A DNA stretch of 64,000 nucleotides, from contig JALDZS010000139.1 in the NCBI GenBank assembly GCA_022813965.1, forward strand, positions 1-64,000. The letters are read 5' to 3'. The notes below the pieces were generated by a model. That model saw only the letters and a program-made list of their open reading frames with translations, had not been told where the DNA came from and searched no databases. The position numbers were made by a program, and so were the translations under genes. Numbering within the stretch: the stretch's first letter is position 1; every line of letters starts with the position of its first letter. This stretch comes from Toensbergia leucococca (taxonomy: Eukaryota). This document shows positions 1-12,645 of the stretch, in pieces.

Positions 1-3000
1 AGAAGATTGAATGATTTCATCACTGTGATCAGTTTTAAAGGTTGACTTCTCTGACTGTGTGCTTATTTAACACAGACTACACATCCTTTAATATAGTCCT
101 TTATATCTTCTGCTATTTTCAGTCAGTATACATAGTATCTTAGCTTTTTAAGAATTATCTTCAAGGAAAAGTGACTCATTTTGTCATGTGTATCAGTCAG
201 GATTGATAATATCTCCTCTCTAGTGATTGTGATTATTTATCAATCTTCAAGTCTGTGTAAAAGTTACCTCATAATAGCATTAAATCTATAGTTTTGTAGA
301 GTTCTATGAAACGTTGCTATTATTGTCTTGTTTATGAGGTTCAGATTATAATTCATGTAGTACATATAGATTTGTTAATATCATGATTCTGACAGATACA
401 AATCTGAATTGAACTTATTAACTTTATCAAGTCTATTGAGGTTTCAATTATGAGAAACACTTCAATTGTAGAAAACACTCTCAGACCTTTCCTCCTTTCA
501 CAGCGCCTTAAATAAAGTTCAGCTTACTGAACTTTTCATTTTCTCAATCTTCTTCTTATAATCTTCTTTTTGAGTCTTTCAAATTTAATCACAGACACTT
601 TTAGGTTCTTGCTTCTTGAGGTTTACTAGATCCTTGATCTAAGATGTCAGCAAACAATTTTTATCATGAAAGATGATTCTAGACAGTCTGTTCACTGCCT
701 TGTTTCACTCCCCTTTTATGTGTTTGATTTTGATATTTATCATTCTTAGCTATGTTGCTTATTAAGTGTATATGTCCTTGTGAGTCTCAGAGTTGATAAA
801 GTAAGGGTTTGTGATTCATAAATATAGTCAATGTAATTGCGCACTCAAAGAAATGTCTGAACTGAATTATGAACTGAATTATTGCTTGAAGTTCTCACTT
901 GCATGTGTCATATAACCTTTCAGATTTAGTAAACATAAATGAGTTATAGTATAAGAGTCTCTCTTTCTGATCTTAAATTTGTAATATGAAGCATTCAGCA
1001 GTGAACCCTGAGATGTCTAAAAACATTCATACACATAGATTTGAGTCTCACCTGAACATCTTTACTTTAATAGCACATAACTGACAGAGTAGAAAAAATG
1101 ATAATTTCTCAGATTCAGATCACCTTTATGTTACCTTTTCTGTGAGTCTCTGAAGTGACTGCGCAATCTCAGTGAATGATTTCACTCATCTTCAAACTGT
1201 CTGACACATATCTAAAAATCCTCATACTTGACTTACATCTTGTAATACTGATTATTTCAGTAGCTTGACTTTGTTCTGTGACTTTATTGAGATCACTTCA
1301 TCAATTTCATAAATCTCACTTAGTGTCAATACCTTTGTCATAAATAATGATAGTTTGAGAAATGACAAATGAAGCTTGACTCACACAAATCTAAGTAGAA
1401 GGTGATCTTTTGAAAACATATACTGCTTTTTGAATGAGTTATGAGTCACAAAGCTATCATCAATATAAAATGTCATTCTAATAATTGATTTCATGTTCTT
1501 ATTTTCTTTCTCATTCTTATAAATTAGTGAGAGTTCAGGGTTTGACTCTGATATTAAACTCAAGACAATATTCATTAGTTCAGTAAAAGTAAATGAGGAT
1601 GTCTTCATGCTCTGTGACATCTTGATTAGTTGAAGTTGACCTATTTCAGATACATTAAATGTCAAATAGTATCTATCTTCTGAGTGAACTTCAATAGCTT
1701 AATAGTCATGTTTTATGTTGAATTGCCTGAGAGTCTTGTGTGAAGGGTTAATTAGCAGGTCATAAATATAAGTCATCAGCTTCATATGACTGATCAATTT
1801 CTCTTTGAAGACAAAGTGATAATTAAACATTAATCTTGACTGTTTCTGACTCTTCTTTGATATTAACACAGACGCGGCATTTTATAATGATAGCTTTCTG
1901 TTTACTGTTATTGTTCACTCATACATTTCAGCATTTATTCTCTCTTCAATGATTTTTCTATACCATCATTCTTTATCATTTGCGCACCTCCTTTGACAGA
2001 AATTATGCGGTTTGATTCCCTCCTTAAGGACTATTCTATGTATAATTAAGTCTGTGAGTGCTATCTCATTCAGTGACTTTGCATTCAGTTTACAGTAATT
2101 TCATAATAGTTTAAGAACCTTTAATCTCAATGCCTCATCTGAAATAATCTTATCTAAGATCAACTTCTCTTCTTTGACTCACTCATTTAGAAATTTAAGA
2201 CCCTTCAAATTGTTTATTTTCTTCCTTACAATTCTTCATGATGTTAAGAAATTTCAATGTTGATTCTCTGTATCTAAAACTTTGAGTAATAATTCAGAAT
2301 TAAGTCAATGTGACTGCTGAGTTGATATGATGATAATTTCTTCTTCATCTCAACTTCTGCTTTCAATGCCTTTCTTAATGTTTTCTTGCTGTCATCTAAG
2401 ATGTAATAAACATACATACATTTTATTACACCTACATCTAAGATAATCATTCAAGTCTTCTGTTAACAGGTTGTATGTTTACCTTATAATTAAGCTGATG
2501 TGACTGATTTTAAAATCATGTCCTTGAATTTGATTCACCTTTATGTCACCTTTTCTGTGAACCTCTGAAGTGATTTCCTCAAAATCTTGCCCTCAGCCTT
2601 TATCAATACCTCATCTGACAGCATTCTTCAGCTCTCTGCCTGACTGAATAGTGTTAATCAAAGATGAGTCTATGAGTGATCATAAGTTTAATGTCATCTC
2701 AGAATGATGAGAGTCTACTGAAAATGAGACTTAGCATCAACGTCAATAAAGTTTGATTTTATCTCTTCATCTAAAGTCTTATTATCTTCACCCTCATCAC
2801 TTGACTTCAGATTATCAGAGTCTAAATTTAGCTCTGAGTCTAATCTAATCAGTGCTCTCTCATTGATAATCTTCAGTCCTTGTGAAGGGTGTGTCAGCAA
2901 TGCCTTACTCTGAATCTTTATAACTTCTTTATTTAGCTGTTTGTCTTCTATATATAGAATCAATTCTTGAACATAAATTTTAGCATTCACACTCCTTAAT

Positions 3001-6000
3001 TATGAAAGTCTGAGAAGTAGACTGAGACTTTTACTTTTCTCTAATGATACAAAAGCTCACACATGACAATCATTTCTGTGAATCTGAATATAAAACTTCA
3101 TTCAATGATTTAGTTCAGTCTTCATCTCATTAGCTACTGTCATGCTCAATATCTTCAGGCTAAGTTTCTGAGCTGAACGCAATTTCAGTCTTTAGTGTTT
3201 TATTAACAGTGAATATATAACATTTATATCAGACCCTTGATCAGCTGTGCAATAATCTTTTTGCATGAAACAATGAGTCTCATTCTCCTTTCAAATAATG
3301 ATATCAACTTCAAAGGCCCTCATGATTCTTATTATCATCACTAAAATGTCTTGCTTCAGTGTCAGTTTTGAAGCTAAAATCAAACCTTTCTTAGTAGACT
3401 GAGCTTTTAAATCATTACCTACACGTCTCAGCAGTTGATGCAAATCTACCTTGTTCATTTGAGGTGTATAGACCTAACTAAGACCTGAATGATAAGAGTC
3501 AGGCTTCAGAGTAGTAGATTTCTGTTGTTTCAGTTCCTTTTCTTTCCTCACTGTCTTCTTTTGTTGAATCTTCATCAGCCTTACTGTCTCATCTCTACAA
3601 AGTGATAAAATTTGTCATAGAAACAAAGTGAGTAGCATGACCTTTATGTTTATTCATAAGTCTTCAAAGTCCGGTAAGGGTTGTCTGATTAGCTCAGCAA
3701 TCTTCATTAATTTCTTCTTCTTACTGACTCTTTTTATCAGAGTTTTTGTTATATTTCACCTTAGCATCCTAGCTTCTGCCCTAGCGTCCTAACATACATA
3801 CAGATCAAGGTTAATACAAGAGCTAGAAGTTTACATGTGAGGTTGTCAGATGTCACAACTGTTACCTGATAACACTCTGCTAAATACTTATAGTGTGTTC
3901 CTCTCCTGTACTTTTAAATCTTTACCTTTAGTGTTCTATTCAATAGTACCTCTATGACTAGACTCTAGGTCTGACTGTGACAGTCTTTATCTTTTGATTC
4001 ATAGTGAGATTTTTCTGTGTTAAGTTCATGATGTCTTCTATGAAAATCTGAGATCTCTTCAATGATTCTTTAGTCAGAGCTTCTAAACTTACATTCTCAA
4101 CTTTCAGTGTCAGACTGTTGCATCTCAGATCATCACTCATATATGCAGGATTGTAAGAACTAGAAGTCAATGAGATTCCCTTAGTCTCAGATGAGGTGTA
4201 TACTTTATTGTATAGATCTCATATACTAAAGAATTTATTCTTAGGGTCCTCAGCATCAAGAATCATCAGATTACTCTCACTCATACTTTCTTTATCTAAA
4301 TCACTCTCATATAGATTCTTGATGACTTTCTTCTCATTTCTGAACAATAAGACCTTGTCATATTTAAAACTTTTATGTTCAGGTGTACTGCAGTTGAAGC
4401 ATATTGAATTTTTGAATGTCACCGCATGCATAATCTTGTCATTAACATATGAGTTGAAAGAAGTCTTAGGATCATAATTGAGATCAAGACTGTAGTTTCT
4501 GAAATTTCTTTGTTCTGAGTTTCTGATAAACAGTGAAGGTAAAGAAGGCAGTAACAAAGTAAGTAACAGATTAGCTTCTAAAATTTTGATTGCAGCTGAC
4601 AACAGCGGCAGTGTGTACTCTGAAGATAAAGAAAATGCTACATGTGCATGAAGCTGAATCTGTCCTTATTCTCTCATGTGATTCTGTTGATTGTTCAAAG
4701 TCAGTCTTAACACTCTGACATTCTGTGATATGTATGTCACATCAGTTATTCAGTCTTCTGAATGTATTGACAGGACATAGCTGTCATGTTTGATGTCAAT
4801 GTGAATTGAAATATTCAGTAACATTCGATGAAGCTGAGTCAGTATGCTTTGTATAATTTGTGTGTTGAATTTGATAATTTCATTGCTATGAATTAAGTTA
4901 TCTCTCAGATCTTTCAGCAACTCAAATTCTTATTTTTCTCAAAGTTGATTGACACATTGCTTTTCAGCCCTTAGCTGACAGACCTTTACTTGAGTGAGGT
5001 TGATGACTTCTCTCAAACTTCTTGATGAATTGACAGTATATTATAACAATCATATACTTAGATTCAGGTCTTTTAATTCATTAATGTACCTATCAATTAT
5101 TAAGTTCAAGACTGATTGTTTTAACAGACTAAGCTCATTATTTTGATTCTTTCTATCCCTGCCGCTGACTGCTAGTAATAAGTCCTCAGTTCTTCAGTAG
5201 TACTTTATAATTTCTTCATCACTCTTCTGAGTGAGAGACTGCAGCATCATCATTAAATCAACTTCCTCATCAGAGTCATTAGAATCAAATCTCAATATTA
5301 TTAGCTCTTTGAATTTTCTTATGTTCTTATTGATAGCGTTGTCAATGTATAAATCCTTGAGCATATTTTGAATCATGAGAGTCTTATTGACTCATTTAAT
5401 CACTTTTTCTGAGAGTTGACTATTCACAGCTTTTAGTCATGCACTCAGAGAGATGATGTCTTGCAATTCTTCTTTTAGAACCTGTATTTATCACTTTACC
5501 TCATTATTCTCTTCATCATACTTAATTCAGATCTTTTTCATGATCAACATCTTGAGTAGCTCTGACAGGATTTTAGATTCTGTTATCATTAATGTAGGTT
5601 CTGAGAATGAGAAGTTAAAGTTTTATGAAGTGAGAAGTCATATTAGTGATTTATGTGAGTCTGTCATTATAATGAGATATCAAGTCTGAAACTTAAAAAT
5701 GACTTATTTTACAGTAAAATGACAATCTTAACTAGCTCTTTCAGCAAAAATTGTGAACTGATTGAGAACAAGATGATAACAAGCTTGAATAACAATATAA
5801 TTAAGAGTTAAATTGAAGACAAGCTTCAAACAATGACACAATTAAGAATAGAATGAGATCAAGTAATAATGAAGTTAGGTGCTTAGTCTCACTGTCAAGA
5901 CTTGAGTCTCTCTCTTGAACAATAATAGAAGAATGTAAGAAGAATGTACACTATGCTAAGGACTCCGCAATGATGCACAGTGACAGCAAATACTTGAGAT

Positions 6001-6670
6001 AGAATCATGAATGTAATGATGCAGGTAACAATGAGATCAAAGGTTTAGTCTTATTGTCAGGACTTTGAAATCCTCATCAACAATCATAGTACTAAATAAG
6101 AAGTGAGCAGGCAATGCTGAAAACTTAACACAGATACACAGCATGAACAGATGCTCTTGAAGAGATTCAATGATGAAATGCAGTAACAATGACATTGAAT
6201 GTCTTATGCTGATAAGAAAGATGACTTAAAAGAAGATTGAGCAAGTGAGAAAGATTTGAGGTGATAAAGTAAGTGTACTAAAAAGTGAAGTAAGTACTTA
6301 ATGATAATGATGTAATTAGTGAGGCTTAGCTTGTAAAGGGCAACAGTGCAAGTAATAATCTCAGATTTTAAGATAATCATTTTTAATTGAAATTATGATC
6401 TTATAAGTTGAAGTTGATGACTCAGATTCTGAATAATAGTCTTGAAAGTGCTATCAATCATTTTAAGTTCACTTAGACTGAAAGTAGTAGTGAGTATCTT
6501 AGTGAATGCAATGAGACTGCAGCCTTATTCAGACACCTGAGCATGACCTTCAGAAAGATCAATGAGTCTGTAAGCTCAATAACTTCAATAATAGAGACAA
6601 GAATCATAGACAATGATTATATAATTGAGAATCATAGTCAACCTTATGAAATGATGATCTTTCTATTTAT
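1..6670 (-). mobile_element. Degenerate Ty3/Gypsy LTR retrotransposon (gag-pol relic), running off the left edge; right boundary approximate
   Basis: Minus-strand remnants in Gypsy order: gag zinc knuckle 'CFNCSTPEHKSFK' (ORF 4219-4602), RT 'FYIDD' (ORF 1381-1665), RNase H end 'KIKHIKGE*NKAVNRLSRIIF' (~670-740), integrase zinc-finger half 'IKDYIKGCVVCVK' (~65-105). Very AT-rich, many stops, CpG nearly absent. LTR ends not resolved. Confidence 0.88.
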
Positions 6671-7292
6671 CAACTATGGGCCTAATCCTCAAAAACATGA
6701 GGTGAAAAGATGATGAATTTGGAAGCTAGAAACTGGCTACTTAACTATCTATGATTACGTGATCTAGCGCCCATGTGCAAGTCCGAGTTCCCGAATTCCC
6801 GAACACATGCCACCGAGGCCCTACCAATTCCTCAATTTCCCGATTCTCCCCTTAACAATACCTATGACTCCCACCTAGGTATGTTAGCGTCCGAAGCGCT
6901 AGTTCACGTCATTATGTGGTAGCGTCATTGGCTTTGCCGTGCATCTGCCTTTCATTTGTTTCATTGCATCTACCTTACCTATTCTCATGCACTCCCTTCC
7001 ACGCCCCCAGCCTACTGCTGTTGTTTAATCCTTGTGGCCGACATGCAAATTACGAGCAACCATGTCCGCATTTCTGCCAAGGTTGTAGTGATAGGCTTTT
7101 GCCTTTTCCTCCCAGTCGCCATGGCTTCCTCCGCTGCAGGAGAAAACGATCTAGTGTCATCGTTGGGGCACTTGCCACCAAGGCAAGAGTCCATGTACAC
7201 AGTCTGGGCTCACGGCGCAAATACTAAACGAGTTCCATTCTCAGAGTCCCCTCAAGTCTACTATACTAGTCTTGATATGAGAATGTGATGAG

Positions 7293-7560
7293 ATGGTTAA
7301 TCCTTTATTCACAGGTCCTTTATCAGAAATAAATGGTAGGCTCCCTGTATACAATGTGGCGAACATCTGCTTCATCATTCTCTCAGCAATTGCTGCCAAA
7401 AGTCAGAGCATGAACATCACTGTTGATTGCGTTTCACTTTTCCCTAGGAGCGGCTGTTGCTTCAACAACGCTCAACCCATGCGTTGTTGGTGACTTGTTC
7501 ATACCAGAGAACCGCGGCAGCGCCATGGCGGTAATGGGAGTAACCCCTTTGATTGCATGT
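7293..7560 (+). pseudogene. Fragment of an MFS (DHA1-type drug:H+ antiporter) transporter gene, frameshifted
   Basis: 'GPLSEINGRLPVYNVANICFI' (motif-A-like) continues in another frame as 'GAAVASTTLNPCVVGDLFIPENRGSAMAVMG'; the rest of a 12-TM protein is absent. Confidence 0.7.
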
Positions 7561-8269
7561 ATTGGAGTCTTATATACCTATCATTCTGCATCAGAAGGCC
7601 CGCAATCCCCAAAATATGACTGGCAATAAGCTTCTGCGATCGCAGTTTCAGGAAGACATTTTGGTCACATAATATCTAGTCCATGCAATGTTCCGGGCTG
7701 TGAAACACTTGTTTTTTTCTTCAGAAGTCTTTTTCATGTCTCTTATTGAAGCTTTTCAGTTCAGTTATACACTTACTCAACCATCTGGGTGGTGAGCGTG
7801 AGTCCTAGCGCGGGAATCAATAGCGCGGTGAAAGTCAGCATGCTCGGCATGCTTCCTGCGCGTTCACCCCAAGTGTCACCGTTTCAACCACCAATGCGGT
7901 AATCCCCGGTGGGACCGGTGACTTGTGTCAATTTCAAAGAATCTGCCTTGAGCATCAGTGATTTGCCAATATACTGGGCAGTGTCCTGAGGCTTTGCACC
8001 TTGCGTAGCATCCAAGGGCTTCATCTTAGGGATGTCAACGGGGCCTGCAGCGGAGATATTGCCAGTGATCTTGCTAGAATTCACAGGGATCGATGTCTGA
8101 TTGTTGGGCGGCGTTAACAACAGGTTCACGTCCTGGCCTGCAACCAATTGAGCGATGACCTTTTTGATGTCTTAGGGCGGCCTGAATGAAGTCAGAGCCT
8201 CACGGGTTCAGGAATTGTGAGATGAAGATCAGCAGCAAAAAACACTCACCCACCACCTAGAACCTTTTC

Positions 8270-8698
8270 TCACACATTACCGTCACGCTTGTGAAACCCT
8301 GGGTCTTGATCATACATGGCGAGGTACCATTTTTCGTATTTGCCCATTGGACTCTCCTGCAACTCTATTTTCGTTCCATCCTTAAGCCTTGAGAAAACCA
8401 TTGGTTCATCGCTGGCGATGGGTTCGCCTGCTCCTATTCTACCATCTTTGCATGCCAAAGGCCAAGTCCAGTCTGTCATGTTCTTTGGTGCGAAGTCTAG
8501 CTTATCTGTGGCGCCCAGTCTCTCGTGATTTCTACAGAAGTGGCGGTAGCGAATGACGGGATGGAAGGTCTCGTTTGTGTTTAGGAGTGACACTGTGCCT
8601 TGCTGCACTTTATCCGCACGCACCAAGAATAATCCAGGAACTAAAACGGGCTGACGGAACATCGCCGGGGTACGCAGGTCTTCGCCATCCTCTGTCAT
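8270..8698 (-). pseudogene. Isolated C-terminal fragment resembling fungal DUF2235 alpha/beta-hydrolase-like proteins
   Basis: 'RTP...LLNTNETFHPVIRYR...ESPMGKYEK' recalls the tail of that family from memory; no N-terminal part found. Confidence 0.35.
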
Positions 8699-9370
8699 TG
8701 AGTCGGGTGGTAAAAGCCTACTACGACCTTCTTATGATCAGCAGTCGAAGTCAACTCTTTGGTCGATGAAAGAGACACACGAACCTTCACCCCATGTTCT
8801 TGGATGGAAGCTTGGATCCATATTATAGGCTGGACCGTCGGTGCTTTCATCATTGCCTTTCAAATGCTCTGCTCTTTCCGCGAGGAACTTCCTCTACTTG
8901 ACATATTCGCCATACATGAGATCGGTGAGGCTGAAAAGTGTACTACAGCTAACAATCAGGGGGCTGTGCCAGCATGCCTCACAGCTGAGAATTTGTGTCA
9001 ATGACATCGTTGGACGTATCTTAACTCTCATTTTAGCATTGGAGGGTGTGAAACATTCCACCCGAAATACAGAATCCAGTCCCGCAGATCTCGAGGAGTC
9101 AATTGCGCAAAGAGACCCATTCAGTTGAAAATGCCACCCAGAATCTGAACGACTTTGGCGTCAAATCAGCGAACGCCTCGCTTCGTCAACAGCTTGATCT
9201 CACACATCAGCTCATGAGATCATTCAACGATGAGGAAGTCAAAACTAATCTCAGTAGCTCGTTTGAAGACATTCGGAAGTACATCATCCAAGCTGGTGAT
9301 CTGCTAAAGGAAAGGAGCACGTTGAAATTCAACTATCTCCCGGTCCCGAGGGCAAAGAAAAAGCTTCTCA

Positions 9371-9550
9371 TCAAACCTCCATTGAAGCTATCTGCCTCAA
9401 TAATATGACATAAGAGATAGAATCAACATAACATTCTGAGATGAACGGAGCATTATCAGCTCTCATCAGAAAGTCCCATAACGGAAGAACTTTAGCCAGG
9501 TGTAATCATGACAAAGGGGTGTAGACAATCAAGACGATGAATATCCGCGA
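9371..9550 (+). repeat. Left arm of ~180-bp imperfect inverted repeat (partner 11541-11721)
   Basis: tcaaacctccattgaagctatctgcctca...gatgaacggagcattatcagctctcatca...tgtaatcatgacaaag matches the reverse complement of 11541-11721. Confidence 0.9.
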
Positions 9551-9675
9551 AGTGTATTATATCAGCACGGTGTTCGAAATGGTTTTTGCAGAAACCCACG
9601 CCTTTCCCATCCAAGATTGCTTTCTGTCATTCACGAGATCCTCACCCATCAACCCCACAGCCCACATCCCCCAAG

Positions 9676-10125
9676 CTAAGCCCCCTCAGCCGCCAACACC
9701 CCCGCCGCCTTAAACATAACGCACAGCGCCCACACCGACCCAACCCCCCAAACCCCCGACCTCAAAAAACTCCACCTCTTCGTCTCCGTCCTCAAATAAA
9801 CCCCCGTATAAAGCACCCTCAACCCCAAATACCCACCCGCAAACAAATTCAACCCCTCCAACCGCGCCAAATGCCCCATCAGCAACGCGACGGCAAAAAC
9901 AGGCAGATTCTCCATGCCATTCTTGTGCGCGGATTCAGCGCGCTCGTAGCGGGCGAAGAGGGCGGGGGGGAGGGATTTTTGCAAGGAGGTGAGGTGGGTT
10001 GTGGAGCGGGGGTTGCGGTTGTCGCGGGAGGGGCGGGGGAGGAGGGAGCCGGCGTAGGCGTGGGGGAGGAGGACGAGGAGGTAGTAGGCTGGGAGGGCGT
10101 AGAAGGAGTAGTTTGGTGAGGTCAT
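9676..10125 (-). CDS. MAPEG-family membrane protein (149 aa, intronless)
   Basis: Complete ORF with hydrophobic segments and 'YERAESAHKNGMENLPVF' and 'YLGLRVLYTGVY...RSGVW', typical of fungal MAPEG proteins. Confidence 0.85.
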   Translation of the reverse strand: MTSPNYSFYALPAYYLLVLLPHAYAGSLLPRPSRDNRNPRSTTHLTSLQKSLPPALFARYERAESAHKNGMENLPVFAVALLMGHLARLEGLNLFAGGYLGLRVLYTGVYLRTETKRWSFLRSGVWGVGSVWALCVMFKAAGVLAAEGA

Positions 10126-10315
10126 TGTTTTGGGTGGGTGTGTTTTTTGGGGGGGGATTGCGGGGATTTTGTTTTGGGTGTGAGGTTTGGGGGGGAAGGC
10201 GGTGGAGAGGGGGAGGTGGGAAGATGGATTGAGAGGTTGTTTATTTGGGTTGCTTCTCGCGGATAAATATTATACCCCTCACACTGGTGGCGTAGGGCTA
10301 GAGTAGGGAAGCCTA

Positions 10316-11259
10316 ACTGTCACTTACCGCAACATTGTGAAATCACAAAACTTGAATCTTGATTTTCAGATTTTGCAGATAGATTTCTTCAATATCATCA
10401 ATCACAACACTAGATATTGTGATGTGTACATGAAGTACTTGAGATCATTGACGCTGACCTCATTCTCTAAAAGCTCTGCTATCTGCAGGCACATTAAAAG
10501 CTCTATAAAGTGATAGATTCAGCAAAGTGACAGATTTAGCAAAGCATCACACTCAGCATTACATTAGATACAGCACTGCATTGAATTCAGCATTATATCA
10601 TCACACACAGTAGGCAACAATCACACTGAAAAAAGTTCTTATCTCTGACTATGAAGATTCATTCAATAGATTTAAATTATAGATTACAGAAGCTTTACAG
10701 CATGTAAGTTATAAAAGCCTTACATTATCATAGATTCAGCATCACAATCACAGCACTGCAATCACAGCACTGCAATGAGTCATAGCAATAGATCACAGCA
10801 ATAGAAGGGGAGTGAGATAGTTATTAGAAATTTTATATGACAACAGAAGTTCTACACAGTAGATAAGATAACATATCTCTGACATCTCTTTTAGTTTTTC
10901 ACTCATGCATGTATAGATGAATGAAGATATATATCTACTTTTAGAAGGTAGCTACAAGAACAGACACAAAGACAAGAAATGAATTCAGAAAGAGTTGACT
11001 ACGCGCAGAGACTATACAGAAGGCATGAGCTTTCAAAGTGAGAGGGATTATTGAGAAATTGCACTTCTTCAGCCCTTATACTTAGTGAGCGCCCTATATG
11101 TAGCAGTTCTCCTCCTTAGCTACAGAAGTAATCATCATCAACTCTGTTCTATCTCAACAATGATGTTGAGAATTGAACGTTGTTACAGTATACCTACATT
11201 GAGATTTGATGTTGATGATTGAAGTTTTGTGATTTCGCGATGTTGCGGTAAGTAACAGT
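10316..11259. mobile_element. Non-autonomous Tc1/mariner-type DNA transposon (MITE-like, 944 bp)
   Basis: ~40-bp terminal inverted repeats ACTGTCACTTACCGCAACATTGTGAAATCACAAAACTT / AAGTTTTGTGATTTCGCGATGTTGCGGTAAGTAACAGT, TA on both sides (10314-10315, 11260-11261); AT-rich CpG-poor interior with short tandem duplications and no ORF. Confidence 0.88.
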
Positions 11260-11540
11260 TAGTCTTCCGTCTAGAGTTGCGGAGCTTAGTGTTTATCCGT
11301 TCGGTGTTTTACGGAAACGAATCAGGCCGAGCTTGATGCAATGGAATTGGTGAGTAGAATATTTACTGATGTGCAGCTGAGGAATAGAAAGGAGAAAGCG
11401 GGCAGATGGGTACAAAAAAGTCGGAAATTTATCAATAATCCATTCGTCAATATCAGACTCCCATACTTCACTCGGCGCACAAATGAAGAGTATTAATCAA
11501 ATATCAAGTGATTCATCGACTTGTATGCTGCAGCACTATT

Positions 11541-11721
11541 TTGTGAATATTCATTGTCTGAATTTATCTTTACCTCTTTGTCATGATTACATCTGACTAA
11601 AGTTCTTCCGTTGTGAAACGCTTTGATGAGAGCTGATAATGCTCCGTTCATCTTGAAATGTTATGATGATTCTATCCCTTATGTCATAGCAATGAGGCAG
11701 ATAGCTTCAATGAAGGTTTGA
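11541..11721 (-). repeat. Right arm of ~180-bp imperfect inverted repeat (partner 9371-9550)
   Basis: Reverse complement aligns with 9371-9550 with scattered substitutions. Confidence 0.9.
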
Positions 11722-11964
11722 GTTGTACGAGCTAGCATGTATTTGCAATGTAAAGGCAATGGTCTTTGATCTGAGAGTTGAAAATGAATGACTTTAGGGC
11801 CCTTTGTACAATGTGAAATAAATTAGCTTTTGAGAGACAAACCCGGGCCACTGAATGATATGTACAAATTGTTTGAAATTAAAGGAAGTTGCAAGATCAG
11901 CGCTGCTGCACCTATGACCATGATAGAATTTGTTTCCAGAACTCCCATCGCCTCGCAAACCCAA

Positions 11965-12645
11965 CTATGCCGGCTCCGTGCACGTAGTCGCCTTTTGTGC
12001 GGCACTCGAATCAAAATACATCGTCAGCAATGGCGACCCAAGACCGGCCGCCACTTCAAAGTCGGGGATATTAAATCCGAATCTAGCTTTTGGAGTTGCA
12101 AGCGTCGGTAGCGCCAAAAATTTATCGAAAGCGGCCGGGAAGACAAAACTTGCCGGCTGCGTGTATAAATTGAAAGTGTACTGGTGGGTCAAGGGAGCGC
12201 AACCTGGTAGAGGCTCGGGGACGAGATAGGGAGCAATGTCCGTGCCAACGAGGTTGAAAAGGTCGGAGCTCAAGCCTGCAGGCTTCATGTTTGTGCGGAT
12301 GTTGTGAAGGATTGTGAATGGGACGCCATCGTTCAGTGCTGATGGGCCATCCGGGTCGAACATTACGAGCAGGTAGGTTCCAGTCAGTGGAAGGATGGTG
12401 CCGATGCTCGGTTCAATGGCAATGTCTGGAAACGGGGAGGTTAATTTGACTCATTGGATACACGTTGATTTAGATGACTTACCGGCTGGGGTGAGGTATT
12501 CCCCCGGATAAAATACATAGTTACCTTGGTAGTCAATGACAAGTTCGTTGGGAAAGGTGCGGGGGTGAACATTGGATGTAGGGGCAGCCAATGCGGTTGA
12601 GGACAGCAGCGAGAGAAGGGCTGTAAGGAGGGGAAGACACAGCAT
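11965..12645 (-). CDS. Secreted phosphatidylethanolamine-binding protein (PEBP family), 207 aa; exons 12645-12483, 12425-11965
   Basis: Signal-peptide-like 'MLCLPLLTALLSLLSSTALA'; GTAAG..CAG intron 12426-12482 restores frame; PEBP motifs 'YLLVMFDPDGP', 'PYLVPEP', 'HQYTFNLYTQP'. Confidence 0.85.

Noticed and set aside
7884..8147. Protein-like 87-aa minus-strand ORF
   Set aside because: No recognisable family and no start or splice structure I could support.
9586..10232. Plus-strand ORFs of 177 and 77 aa
   Set aside because: Antisense shadows of the skewed MAPEG gene.
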